Below, piece after piece: positions 42,517 through 51,303 of a stretch of 64,000 bases of DNA. Source of the DNA: Vulcanimicrobiota bacterium (GTDB taxonomy: Bacteria; Vulcanimicrobiota; Vulcanimicrobiia; Eremiobacterales; Eremiobacteraceae). A program made the position numbers and the translations under genes. Under the pieces are notes generated by a model. That model searched no databases. It had not been told where the DNA came from and saw nothing but the letters and a program-made list of their open reading frames with translations. Where the stretch lies: assembly GCA_963805945.1 (NCBI GenBank), contig CAWDVP010000004.1:64001-128000 (forward strand). The letters are read 5' to 3'. Every line of letters starts with the position of its first letter. Positions within the stretch are counted from its first letter, which is position 1.

Positions 42517-42535
42517 ATTGAGACCCATTCTCAAT
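42517..42535. promoter_or_regulatory. Putative Fur/Zur box
   Basis: ATTGAGACC-C-ATTCTCAAT, similar to the palindrome at 57384. Confidence 0.65.
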
Positions 42536-42581
42536 AAGAAGGCCTGAAGAACCTTGCCCTTCGCGCCGATATTGTGGATAT

Positions 42582-43196
42582 ATGAGTGACCTCGCGCTGC
42601 GGATGACCCGCGGCCTCACCCCGATGTACGTCTGCCTGGTGGTGCTGGGCAGCATCGTCGCGCACTTGGCATCCGAATTCTTCTCCATGGGTTCCGAGGC
42701 GAGCGACATCGCGCTCTCGCCCAAGCATCTGTATCTCGGCGTCGCCGCGCTCGTCTGTGCGGCGGTCGTCGTGCTGCAAGCGCGTTCGCTACTGCGATCT
42801 TCCGAAGGCGCGCGCGACCTCAAGCGCCGGCTTCATCTCGGTCTGGAAGCGCTGCCCTTGCGCGGACGCGGCCTCGCGTTCTTGACGCTTACCGCAGGAC
42901 TCCAGCTCGCCATCGGCCTCGCGACGCAGTACGGCGAGGGCTGCCCGTTCTGCGGCCACGACGTGGCAGCGGGCGTCCTCGGCGCGCTGCTCACCGTCAT
43001 CGTGCTCGCGTTTGCGGGACGCTTCATCGGCGCCCGCTTGCCGTCAATCGCCGCGGCCATCGCTGCCCTCTTCATCGAACCTTCGACCAACGCACACGCG
43101 TTGTCATCGCTACGCGACGTCGCGTCGCCGGCGTTCTTCCGCTTCATCTGGTTCAGCCAGCTCTACAACCGCCCTCCGCCTTCCCTCTCGATCTAA
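42582..43196 (+). CDS. Membrane leader protein 1 (CxxC + C-terminal RPPP), putative arrest peptide
   Basis: About 4 TM, CPFCGH, ends NRPPPSLSI; directly upstream of a TonB-dependent receptor. Confidence 0.75.
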   Translation: MSDLALRMTRGLTPMYVCLVVLGSIVAHLASEFFSMGSEASDIALSPKHLYLGVAALVCAAVVVLQARSLLRSSEGARDLKRRLHLGLEALPLRGRGLAFLTLTAGLQLAIGLATQYGEGCPFCGHDVAAGVLGALLTVIVLAFAGRFIGARLPSIAAAIAALFIEPSTNAHALSSLRDVASPAFFRFIWFSQLYNRPPPSLSI

Positions 43197-43224
43197 CGGC
43201 CGAAGCACTCGGCCGCGCCCAGGA

Positions 43225-43249
43225 CGGTCGAGTGAATTCGACCGCTCCA
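43225..43249. repeat. REP family B copy in the leader-receptor spacer
   Basis: CGGTCGAGTGAATTCGACCGCTCCA. Confidence 0.8.
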
Positions 43250-43268
43250 TTCATTTTGAGAGGGAGTC

Positions 43269-45638
43269 ATGTCATACCATCTCTTCAGCCGCCCGCTGTG
43301 GGCGGCGCTAGCGCTCGCCGGCGTGCTCGCTATGCCGTCGGTCGGCGCGTGCGCCGGAGCGTTTCTGACCGGCTCGGTGACGCTCGACGGCAAACCCGCC
43401 GCCGGTGCGACGGTCACCGCCACGGGCAACAACCTCGTGCAGACGAAGCGCACCGATGCACAGGGACGCTTCAGCTTCAGCACGCTCCAACCGGGCGCGT
43501 ACGCGCTCGACGCGGCGTGGAACGATCGGCGCGCGCATCGCTCGATCGAGCTGTCGGCGAGCGGCGCCGATGTCTCGCTGGAACTTGATCCGAAGAACAT
43601 CGGCAGCATCAAAGTCACCGCGTCGAGCGCCGCGCCCATCAGGGGCGCCGGCACCGACGTCACGCTCAACTCGACGATGCTCACCCGCACGCCGGCCGGC
43701 GGCAGCTTCCCGGAATTGCTCGTGCAGTTGCCCGGCGCGGCGCGCGGGGCCAACGGCGTGGTCCATATCAACGGCGATCACGGCGACATCAACTACATCG
43801 TCGACGGGGCCTCCATCCCGCAAGCGCTCAACCGCGTCATCGGCACCGAGTTCGACGCGAACGACGTCGCGTTCGTCGACGTGCTGCAGGGCGCGTATCC
43901 CGCGCAATACGGAGAGCGTTTCGCCAGCGTGCTCAACATCAGCACGCGCACGGGCACCGGGCCGCCCGGCGCGATCCTCGATCTCTCCGGCGGCTCGTAC
44001 GCGAACTACGATTCGACCGTCGGGTACCACGGCCCGGTCGGTGCGGGCTCACTGGTGCTGGCGGTCCGTGACGGACGCTCGAGCTACGGCCTGGACCCGC
44101 CCGATCTGACCTCGCTTCACAACGACGCGAGCGATGCCAGCCAGTTCCTCCGCTACACGGTGCCTGTCGGCCACGACTACCTCAACTTCACCATGTCGCA
44201 TTCGTATCAGACGTTCCAGGTCCCGATCGACGTGCTCGGCGGCCAGCCCGCGAGCAGCGACGACAACGAGACACAGAACGACACCTTTGCGACGCTGCAG
44301 TACCGCCGCGCCATCGCGGACCGCGGTTCGCTGTCGCTGGGCGCGGCGTATAAGCGCTCGCAGATCCGCGACTTCGGCGATCCGCTGCCCGATTGGGCGT
44401 TCGGCATAAACACGTGGGTCGGCAGCGGCGGGCTGCCGTCGGACTGCTTCAACGCGCTCACGATCACCAATTACGCCAACAGCACGTGCGCCTACACGCT
44501 TGCCGACAACCGCACCGCCACCGATTACAAGTTCAATCTCGACGACGCGCTGCGCGGCGGCGCGCACGAGGTGCGCTGGGGCGCGCTTTATGACGTGACG
44601 CTCGTGCCCAAGCTCTACGACATCACGCTGCAACCGGGCAACTATCTCGCACCGATGTTCACGCCGGGGACGCCGCTCGCGCCGTATCCGGTGATCGACA
44701 ACGCGCCGAACGTCGGCCACACCGAAGCCGCATACCTTCAAGACAGCTGGCGCATGGGCCAGGCGTATCAGCTCGACTACGGGCTGCGCGTCGACGCGTT
44801 CCAGATCTTTTCGGATCAGTTCGACCAGGGCTTTTCCATGTTCAGCCCGCGCATCAAGCTGACGCGCTTCTTCAGTCCGCGCGCGAGCGCGTACGCCTAC
44901 TACGGCCGCTTCTTCACGCCGTTCTCGTTCGAGAACGTGTCGCCGAGCGCGGCGTACCTGCTCAACCTGCCGCTTCAGCCGACGCTCGCTCAGTTCGACC
45001 TCAAGCCGCAGCGCGACTCCGATTACGAGATCGGCGGCCACTTGCCGCTCGGCAAGGGCGATCTCGGCTTGCGCGTGATGCAGAAAGACGCGACTGATCT
45101 CATCGACGACACGCAAGTAGGCGTGACGCTGCTGCACCAGGACATCAACTACCAGCTCGGGCGGATAGCCACGCAGTCGGCGTACTACCAGCAGACGCTT
45201 GCGCACGGCGGTCGTTTTTATGTGACCGGCAACCACACGTATTCGGTCAACAAAGGCTGTGAGACGCAGCTGTTGGCGCCGTGCTTCGGCTCGTCGACGG
45301 ATTGGACGCCAGCCGACCACATGCAGGCGTGGGGCGCCACCTCAGGGATCGTGCTCAACGACGCGCGCGGCGGCTGGTTCTCGATCGACGGCGAGTACGG
45401 GACCGGGCTATCGTCAGCGGGTTGCTCCGCCGCGACGCCGGGCTTCTGCGAATACACGCCGCATCTCACGTTCAACGCGGTGAAGGGCTTCGCGATCGGA
45501 CCGAAGACCGTGGCGACGGTGGGGATCGGCAACCTGCTCAACCATCAGTTCTTCATCACGTATCTCAACGCGCAGGGCAATCATTACTACCCGCCGCTCA
45601 CCGTGAACGTCGGCCTGCGCTTCGGCGTAAGCCGCTGA
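43269..45638 (+). CDS. TonB-dependent receptor 1 with N-terminal carboxypeptidase-regulatory-like domain
   Basis: Signal peptide, plug motifs YIVDG and GAYPAQYG, barrel strands, NLLN, terminal VGLRF. Confidence 0.9.
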   Translation: MSYHLFSRPLWAALALAGVLAMPSVGACAGAFLTGSVTLDGKPAAGATVTATGNNLVQTKRTDAQGRFSFSTLQPGAYALDAAWNDRRAHRSIELSASGADVSLELDPKNIGSIKVTASSAAPIRGAGTDVTLNSTMLTRTPAGGSFPELLVQLPGAARGANGVVHINGDHGDINYIVDGASIPQALNRVIGTEFDANDVAFVDVLQGAYPAQYGERFASVLNISTRTGTGPPGAILDLSGGSYANYDSTVGYHGPVGAGSLVLAVRDGRSSYGLDPPDLTSLHNDASDASQFLRYTVPVGHDYLNFTMSHSYQTFQVPIDVLGGQPASSDDNETQNDTFATLQYRRAIADRGSLSLGAAYKRSQIRDFGDPLPDWAFGINTWVGSGGLPSDCFNALTITNYANSTCAYTLADNRTATDYKFNLDDALRGGAHEVRWGALYDVTLVPKLYDITLQPGNYLAPMFTPGTPLAPYPVIDNAPNVGHTEAAYLQDSWRMGQAYQLDYGLRVDAFQIFSDQFDQGFSMFSPRIKLTRFFSPRASAYAYYGRFFTPFSFENVSPSAAYLLNLPLQPTLAQFDLKPQRDSDYEIGGHLPLGKGDLGLRVMQKDATDLIDDTQVGVTLLHQDINYQLGRIATQSAYYQQTLAHGGRFYVTGNHTYSVNKGCETQLLAPCFGSSTDWTPADHMQAWGATSGIVLNDARGGWFSIDGEYGTGLSSAGCSAATPGFCEYTPHLTFNAVKGFAIGPKTVATVGIGNLLNHQFFITYLNAQGNHYYPPLTVNVGLRFGVSR

Positions 45639-45665
45639 TGTAGGGGTCGACCTTTAGGTCGACCC
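45639..45665. repeat. REP family A copy, contains the stop of the convergent MauE gene
   Basis: TGTAGGGGTCGACCTTTAGGTCGACCC. Confidence 0.88.
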
Positions 45666-46094
45666 TTCGACCGGCCTCCGCCACGACCACCACATCAGAT
45701 AGATCGCGGGGATGATCGCCGCGCCGTCGCGCGCGATCGTCCACCAGGTTACCGGGTCGGTCTCGCGTGGCCCGAAGCAGCCGCACGGAGTCGGGATGCC
45801 GCGCACCACCACGGACGCGAGCGCCGCGATGAACACGAGCAGCACTGCGACCGCCACCACTGAGACGATGCGCAACTGCCAGCCGAGCAGCAGGTACACG
45901 CCCAGCACTATCTCAAGCAACGGCAAAGCGATGGCGGCGAAGCCGACGAATTGCGCCGGCAGATCGAGCCGGAAGGCGACGATCGTGGACCCGAGATCCG
46001 GCGCATGGCCCATCTTGAGGACGCCGGCGGCGATGAACACCAGCCCGACGATGATCCGGGCGATGAGGGGCAGCACGTGAAGAAGACGAGCCAA
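45654..46094 (-). CDS. MauE/DoxX family redox membrane protein
   Basis: ARIIVGLVFIAAGVLK, LPLLEI, CGCFG; start 46094 or 46076. Confidence 0.88.
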   Translation of the reverse strand: MARLLHVLPLIARIIVGLVFIAAGVLKMGHAPDLGSTIVAFRLDLPAQFVGFAAIALPLLEIVLGVYLLLGWQLRIVSVVAVAVLLVFIAALASVVVRGIPTPCGCFGPRETDPVTWWTIARDGAAIIPAIYLMWWSWRRPVEGST

Positions 46095-46721
46095 GCATCA
46101 CAACCTTCCGCGAAGCCGACGACGGGACCGCGATGGGGCACCATTTTGCCAGTCATCGCGGGCGTCCTCGTCGTCATCGCGATCGCCGTATATGCGATCA
46201 CGCAATCCCACAAGCTGCCGAGCGCGGCCGTCGAGCCGAACGCGCTGCCGTCGGTGCCGCCGCCGATCAAAGTCGGCGCGCGTGCGCCCGCGTTCTCGGT
46301 GCAGACGCCGCTCGGCGCCGTCTCCAACGACACGTTCGCCGGCAAACCGTACATGGTCGAGCTGTTCGCCACATGGTGCCCGCATTGCCAGCGCATGACG
46401 GCCGTGCTGCGCTCGCTGCGCGCGAAACTGCCGGAGTCGCGCTTCGGCATGGTCTCCGTCACCGGCTCGCCGTACGCCGCAGGCTCGACGCAGGGTGCCC
46501 CCATCGCCGAGAGTCAAGCGGACGTCGACGCGTTCGACAAGTACTTCAACGTCACATGGCTGTCCGTGTGGGATCCGCAACTCACGACGGCGGCGGCGTT
46601 CGGGCTCAACGGCTTTCCGACGATCTTCATCGTGGACGCCAAGGGCACGATTGTCTATACTGCAAGCGGTGAGCTCCCCGAGGCGACGCTGCTCGCCGCC
46701 GCCCGCAAGGCAGGCGCCTGA
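46077..46721 (+). CDS. Membrane-anchored TlpA/redoxin thioredoxin
   Basis: One TM, APAF, FATWCPHC, GFPTIFIVD. Confidence 0.88.
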   Translation: MKKTSQASQPSAKPTTGPRWGTILPVIAGVLVVIAIAVYAITQSHKLPSAAVEPNALPSVPPPIKVGARAPAFSVQTPLGAVSNDTFAGKPYMVELFATWCPHCQRMTAVLRSLRAKLPESRFGMVSVTGSPYAAGSTQGAPIAESQADVDAFDKYFNVTWLSVWDPQLTTAAAFGLNGFPTIFIVDAKGTIVYTASGELPEATLLAAARKAGA

Positions 46722-46801
46722 CCTTAGAATCCGCTGAGATGTCCACCACGCGGAGCACGGCCACAGGGGGCGCGCGCCCTACGGCCTAATGTATATGCAT
46801 C

Positions 46802-47473
46802 ATGAGGAACCGGGAGGTCTGCTGGCTGTTGATCGGAGCGGTGGCACTTGGCGCATCGCTCGCGGGCCACGCCGTGCAACTCGCGATCGAGTCCGCTCAC
46901 CTCTTCGGCGGCGTGCCTGCGCGCTACAGCCACGTGCTGCAGACACCGATCTCGCTCATCATGTTCGGCGCACTCGTCGTCGCCGCGCTGTTCATCGCGC
47001 GCGGTATCCTCGAAAGCGTCTATGACGAATTCGGCGGTGCCGACTGGCTCGTGCCGGCGCTCGATGCCGTCGCGGCGATCGCGCCCGGCCGCCTCATCGC
47101 ATTGGTCGTCGGTCTGCAGCTCGCGTCGCTCATCGGCGGCGAGCTGACCGAGCAAGCGCTGTCGTCCTACGGCGCATTCGGCTTGGGAGCCATCTTCGGC
47201 CCCGGTCATCTCAGCGCGCCATTCGTGCACGTCGCCATCGGCACGCTCGCCGCGTGGCTGCTGCTCGCGTTCGCGCGCGCCGTCTGCGCTCGCGTTGCGG
47301 ATATCGCTCGCTTCGCGCGCTCGCTCATCGCGTGGGTCTCCCGGCCCGCGCGCGTCCGTTGTGCTCCGGCGCTGCGCGTCCTCGCGCTCGCCTCGGAGTC
47401 ACCCGCACCACCGCTGCTGGCGCGACACATCGCCAGCCGTCCGCCTCCGGCCGCCGCTACGCTTGTAGCATAG
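46802..47473 (+). CDS. Membrane leader protein 2 (His-containing, C-terminal RPPP), putative arrest peptide
   Basis: About 4 TM, shares GLQLA with leader 1, ends HIASRPPPAAATLVA; directly upstream of a TonB-dependent receptor. Confidence 0.72.
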   Translation: MRNREVCWLLIGAVALGASLAGHAVQLAIESAHLFGGVPARYSHVLQTPISLIMFGALVVAALFIARGILESVYDEFGGADWLVPALDAVAAIAPGRLIALVVGLQLASLIGGELTEQALSSYGAFGLGAIFGPGHLSAPFVHVAIGTLAAWLLLAFARAVCARVADIARFARSLIAWVSRPARVRCAPALRVLALASESPAPPLLARHIASRPPPAAATLVA

Positions 47474-47525
47474 GCGGCCAAATCCGGCTTCCCGCCTTTT
47501 GGCCGCCTCCCCATAGGGTGGAGGT

Positions 47526-49793
47526 ATGGTCTTGCGTTTTCGTATTTTCTTTTTCATTTCCGTCGCATGCGCCGCGGCGCTCGCAGCGGTCGGCTCATTC
47601 GCACCGGCGTCCGCGAGCACGCTCGGCGCGATCCGCGGCACCGTCTACGATTCCGCCGGGCATCCGCTGCAGCACGCCAAGGTCGTCATCGTGGCCGGCG
47701 TCGGCACCAAGGACAGCACGGCGACCGATGCGTCCGGACGCTACATCTTCCCGCGCGTCGAGTTCGATACGTACACGGTGACCGTCACCGCGGCGGGCCT
47801 GCCGCCGAACAGCCAGATCGTGACCGTCGCGAGCGGCACCGTCACGGTACTTGATTTCCACCTCTCGGAGAAGAAGCTCGCCAGCGTCGTCACCGTCGCC
47901 AAAGCCGGGCACCCGGTGAGCGTGACCGTGATGACGCCGCAGATGATCCAGACGCTGCCGAGCAACTTCAAGCTCGCGAGCGTCACCGAGACGGTGCCCG
48001 GGGTCGTGCCGTTCTCGTACGACGAACCGGTGGTGCGCGGCTTCCACGGCGTCGCGTACTACATCGACGGCATCCCGATCCCGCAGACATCGTCGTCCGC
48101 GTTCGCCGAGGTCCTCGATCCGCGCGATATCGGCTCGGTGGAGGTCTACACAGGCTCGTTCCCCGCCGAGTACGGCGGCAGCCGCCAGGGCGGCGTGGTC
48201 AACATCATCTCCAAACGGCCGAGCGGGAACGGCGGCGACATCACGCTCACCGGCGGCAACTACGCCACCGGCGCCACGCAGCTCAGCGAATCGTTCGGCG
48301 GTCCGACCCTCAAAGCGTACGTATCGCTCAACTTCGACCGCACCGACCGCGGCCTCGATTCACCGACCGCGCAGCCCATCCATGACGCCGCGAGCCAATC
48401 GAACGAATTCATGCGGCTCACATATGTCCCCGACAGCCGCGACTCATGGGCGTTGCATTTCTCCAATCTGTTCTCGACGTTCCAGATCCCGATCGACACG
48501 AATCCGACCAGCGTGAGCTTCGCGCCGCAGGGAAGCGACGACTTGCAGTACGAGTACGCCCGCTATGCGAGCATCGTCTACAACCGCCTGAGCGCGGACG
48601 GCCAAGGCTACCTCGAGATCTCGCCCTGGTATAACCGCAGCCAGGTGAAGTTCTTCCCGGATCCGACCAACGATCTCGCGAGCGCCGCCATGGCGTCGAC
48701 CTTCCAGGATCGGGTCGGCACGTACTACGGGTTGACCGGGGCCTACTTCCGCAGCTGGACGAAGGACAATCTGAAGATCGGCTTCACCGGCGCGGTCGAG
48801 GACTTCACCAGCGCGTTCAACATCCAGTTCATCGATCCCACGACGATGATGTTGCAGCAGTTCAACGACAACGCGGCGCAGACCGGCACGAACTTCGGCA
48901 TCTACGCCGAAGACAAGATGATCCTGTCACCCATGTTCACCACGAACATCGGCCTGCGCTACGACCGCTCGACGGGTTTCACCGACGGCAACCAGGTGAG
49001 TCCGCGCTTCGAGCTCGATTACCTCGCCAATCCCAAGGAGACGGTCCATTTCTATTACGGACGCTTGTACGCGGCGCCGGCGCTCGAAGACACGCGGCGC
49101 AGCGCCGTCGTCATCGGCGGCGGCTCAGGCTTGCCGGTGTACGACCTCAAGCCCGAGACCGATTCGATCTACGAGTTCGGCTTTTCGCATCAGGTGACGC
49201 AGACGTCGAGATGGTACATCAACTATTGGGCGCGCTCCGTCGCCAACGTGCTCGACACGACCCAGATCGGCTCGACGCCGATCTTCACGATCTTCAATTC
49301 GACCTCCGGTCGCGCGCAAGGCATCGAGTTCAGCTACAGCGGGCAGGCGCAGAATCTCAACAGCTACTTCGTGTCGTATGGCCTCTCCGAGAGCCTTGCG
49401 TCGGGCATCTCGGGCGGCACGTTCCTGTTCTCTCCTGATCAGCTTCAGGGCGCCAATGGCTTCGCCCCGGAGGACCACGACCAGACTAACACGCTCAACA
49501 CCGCGTACACGTGGCGGCTGTCGAAGGACCGCCAGACCTGGACCTCGCTGCAGGCGATCTACGGCAGCGGCTATCCCGTGCAGTTCGAGAACGGACCGGG
49601 CAGGCTGCCCGCGCACTGGGAGCTCAACGCGTCGTACGGGCGCTTCGCGACGGGCGGGCATCTCGGCTACCAGCTGCAGGCGACCAACTTGACCAACAAC
49701 ATCTATCTCATCAAACTCAACAACGGCTTCAACACGACCCAATACGCGCGCGGCTTCCAGCTCACGGCGCAGATCACCGCGCCGATCCACTAG
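47526..49793 (+). CDS. TonB-dependent receptor 2 (paralog of receptor 1)
   Basis: Signal peptide, YYIDG, GSFPAEYGG, VVNIISK, DLKPE, NLTN. Confidence 0.9.
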   Translation: MVLRFRIFFFISVACAAALAAVGSFAPASASTLGAIRGTVYDSAGHPLQHAKVVIVAGVGTKDSTATDASGRYIFPRVEFDTYTVTVTAAGLPPNSQIVTVASGTVTVLDFHLSEKKLASVVTVAKAGHPVSVTVMTPQMIQTLPSNFKLASVTETVPGVVPFSYDEPVVRGFHGVAYYIDGIPIPQTSSSAFAEVLDPRDIGSVEVYTGSFPAEYGGSRQGGVVNIISKRPSGNGGDITLTGGNYATGATQLSESFGGPTLKAYVSLNFDRTDRGLDSPTAQPIHDAASQSNEFMRLTYVPDSRDSWALHFSNLFSTFQIPIDTNPTSVSFAPQGSDDLQYEYARYASIVYNRLSADGQGYLEISPWYNRSQVKFFPDPTNDLASAAMASTFQDRVGTYYGLTGAYFRSWTKDNLKIGFTGAVEDFTSAFNIQFIDPTTMMLQQFNDNAAQTGTNFGIYAEDKMILSPMFTTNIGLRYDRSTGFTDGNQVSPRFELDYLANPKETVHFYYGRLYAAPALEDTRRSAVVIGGGSGLPVYDLKPETDSIYEFGFSHQVTQTSRWYINYWARSVANVLDTTQIGSTPIFTIFNSTSGRAQGIEFSYSGQAQNLNSYFVSYGLSESLASGISGGTFLFSPDQLQGANGFAPEDHDQTNTLNTAYTWRLSKDRQTWTSLQAIYGSGYPVQFENGPGRLPAHWELNASYGRFATGGHLGYQLQATNLTNNIYLIKLNNGFNTTQYARGFQLTAQITAPIH

Positions 49794-49855
49794 CAAGTGC
49801 GGGCGTCCGGCGCTGCAAAGGCCTGGTGACGCCGCATTTTCTCTAGGAGATCGAG

Positions 49856-50722
49856 ATGGAGCGAAGCGTCTTTCTTCGGGGTTTGAGCGCCGGCGTGGCG
49901 GGAGCATCTGTTTGCGGATTGGCACCGCTCGTGGCGCGTGCGGCCGATCATGGCGATGCGCCGCATTGGACCTACGGCGGGGGTGAGGACGGCCCCGCGC
50001 ATTGGGGCGACCTCGCGCCCGACTTCCACACCTGCTCGATCGGCCAGCAGCAATCGCCGGTCAATATCAGCGACGTCGCCACCGGCGCGATCGGCGACAT
50101 CCAGCGTTCGTATCGCACCTCGCCGCTGCGCATCATCAACAATGGCCACACCATCCAGGTCGATTACGCCGCCGGCAGCACGCTCACGCTGCGCGGCCGG
50201 ATGTGGGAGATCGTCCAGTTCCACTTCCACACGCCGAGCGAGCACACGTACCAGGGCGCGCACTACGACATGGAGCTGCACATCGTGCATCAGAACACCG
50301 CGAAACATGTGTGCGTCCTCGGCGTCTTCATGAAGGCCGGCACGGCGAACGCCGAGATCCAGAAGATATGGGACGCGATGCCGATGAAGGAGGGGCCCGA
50401 GCAAACGGTGAGCGGCGTCAGCGTCAACGTCGGCGCGCTCGTGCCTGCGACGAAGGTCTACTACAACTATCTCGGTTCGTTCACCACGCCGCCGTGCACT
50501 GAGAACGTCGAATGGCTGGTGCTGCGCGATCCGATCCAGGTCTCAGCCGCGCAGATCGCGCGCTTCAAAGCGGCGATCCCGATGAACGCGCGGCCGGTGC
50601 AGCCGGTCAACCAGCGGTTGGTCATCAGAACCTGTCTACTGCGACGCGTTTGCCTGGTTGTGCAGGTACGCGTCGATGAACGACTGGATCTTGGCCTGAT
50701 CGATCGTGTCGAGCGTCCCTAA
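49856..50722 (+). CDS. Alpha-carbonic anhydrase with Tat-like signal (true stop may be near 50640)
   Basis: HWTY, QSPVNI, NNGHT, QFHFHTPSEH, ELHIVH, GSFTTPPCTE. Confidence 0.93.
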   Translation: MERSVFLRGLSAGVAGASVCGLAPLVARAADHGDAPHWTYGGGEDGPAHWGDLAPDFHTCSIGQQQSPVNISDVATGAIGDIQRSYRTSPLRIINNGHTIQVDYAAGSTLTLRGRMWEIVQFHFHTPSEHTYQGAHYDMELHIVHQNTAKHVCVLGVFMKAGTANAEIQKIWDAMPMKEGPEQTVSGVSVNVGALVPATKVYYNYLGSFTTPPCTENVEWLVLRDPIQVSAAQIARFKAAIPMNARPVQPVNQRLVIRTCLLRRVCLVVQVRVDERLDLGLIDRVERP

Positions 50723-51303
50723 TCGCGTCCACGCGGTCACCGCGATCTTGTGCTTCATGCCTGGATACGGCGCGACGATGACCGCTTGGCCGGATTCTTC
50801 AGCGCTCTGGACGTCTGCCGGCAGCGGCTGGAGCTGGCTCACCGGGACCAGTTTCGAGTCGTAGGTATAGGCGATCTGGTAGAGCGCACCCGCGATGTCC
50901 GGACAGTTGCAGTTGTACTGCAGCAGCACGTTGCCGTGCTCGAGCAGATGGACTTGCACCCACTTGGGCAGCGGCGTCGGGCTGTTGAACGAATCGTTGA
51001 ACGCCTCTTTGTGCGGCCCGGACGTCGGCGGGTCGGAGTTGTAGGCGAAGTCGGTGGACTCGCCAGCATCGAAATGCTTGTGCCCCTGCGACGGGTAGTG
51101 CGTGCCCAGGAATTTGAGCATGATGACCGTCCCCGCCGAGGCGCTCGCCGCGGCAGCGGTTGCGCCCGACGGCGCCGGGGATGCGCTCGCATCGCTGGCG
51201 GATTTGGTGCAGCCGCCGACGGCAAGCGCGAGGGCGATTGCGCCGGCCGCTGCGATGGCCTGTAGTGCCCGAGCGAAGCTCGGGTTTTTTCTTTCGTCGT
51301 CAT
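50636..51303 (-). CDS. DUF3105-family lipoprotein
   Basis: Lipobox VGG-C, DPPTSGPH, VHLLEHG, TAW. Confidence 0.8.

Noticed and set aside
46789..46800. ATGTATATGCAT near-palindrome before leader 2 as an operator
   Set aside because: It is short, occurs once, and could simply be the -10 region
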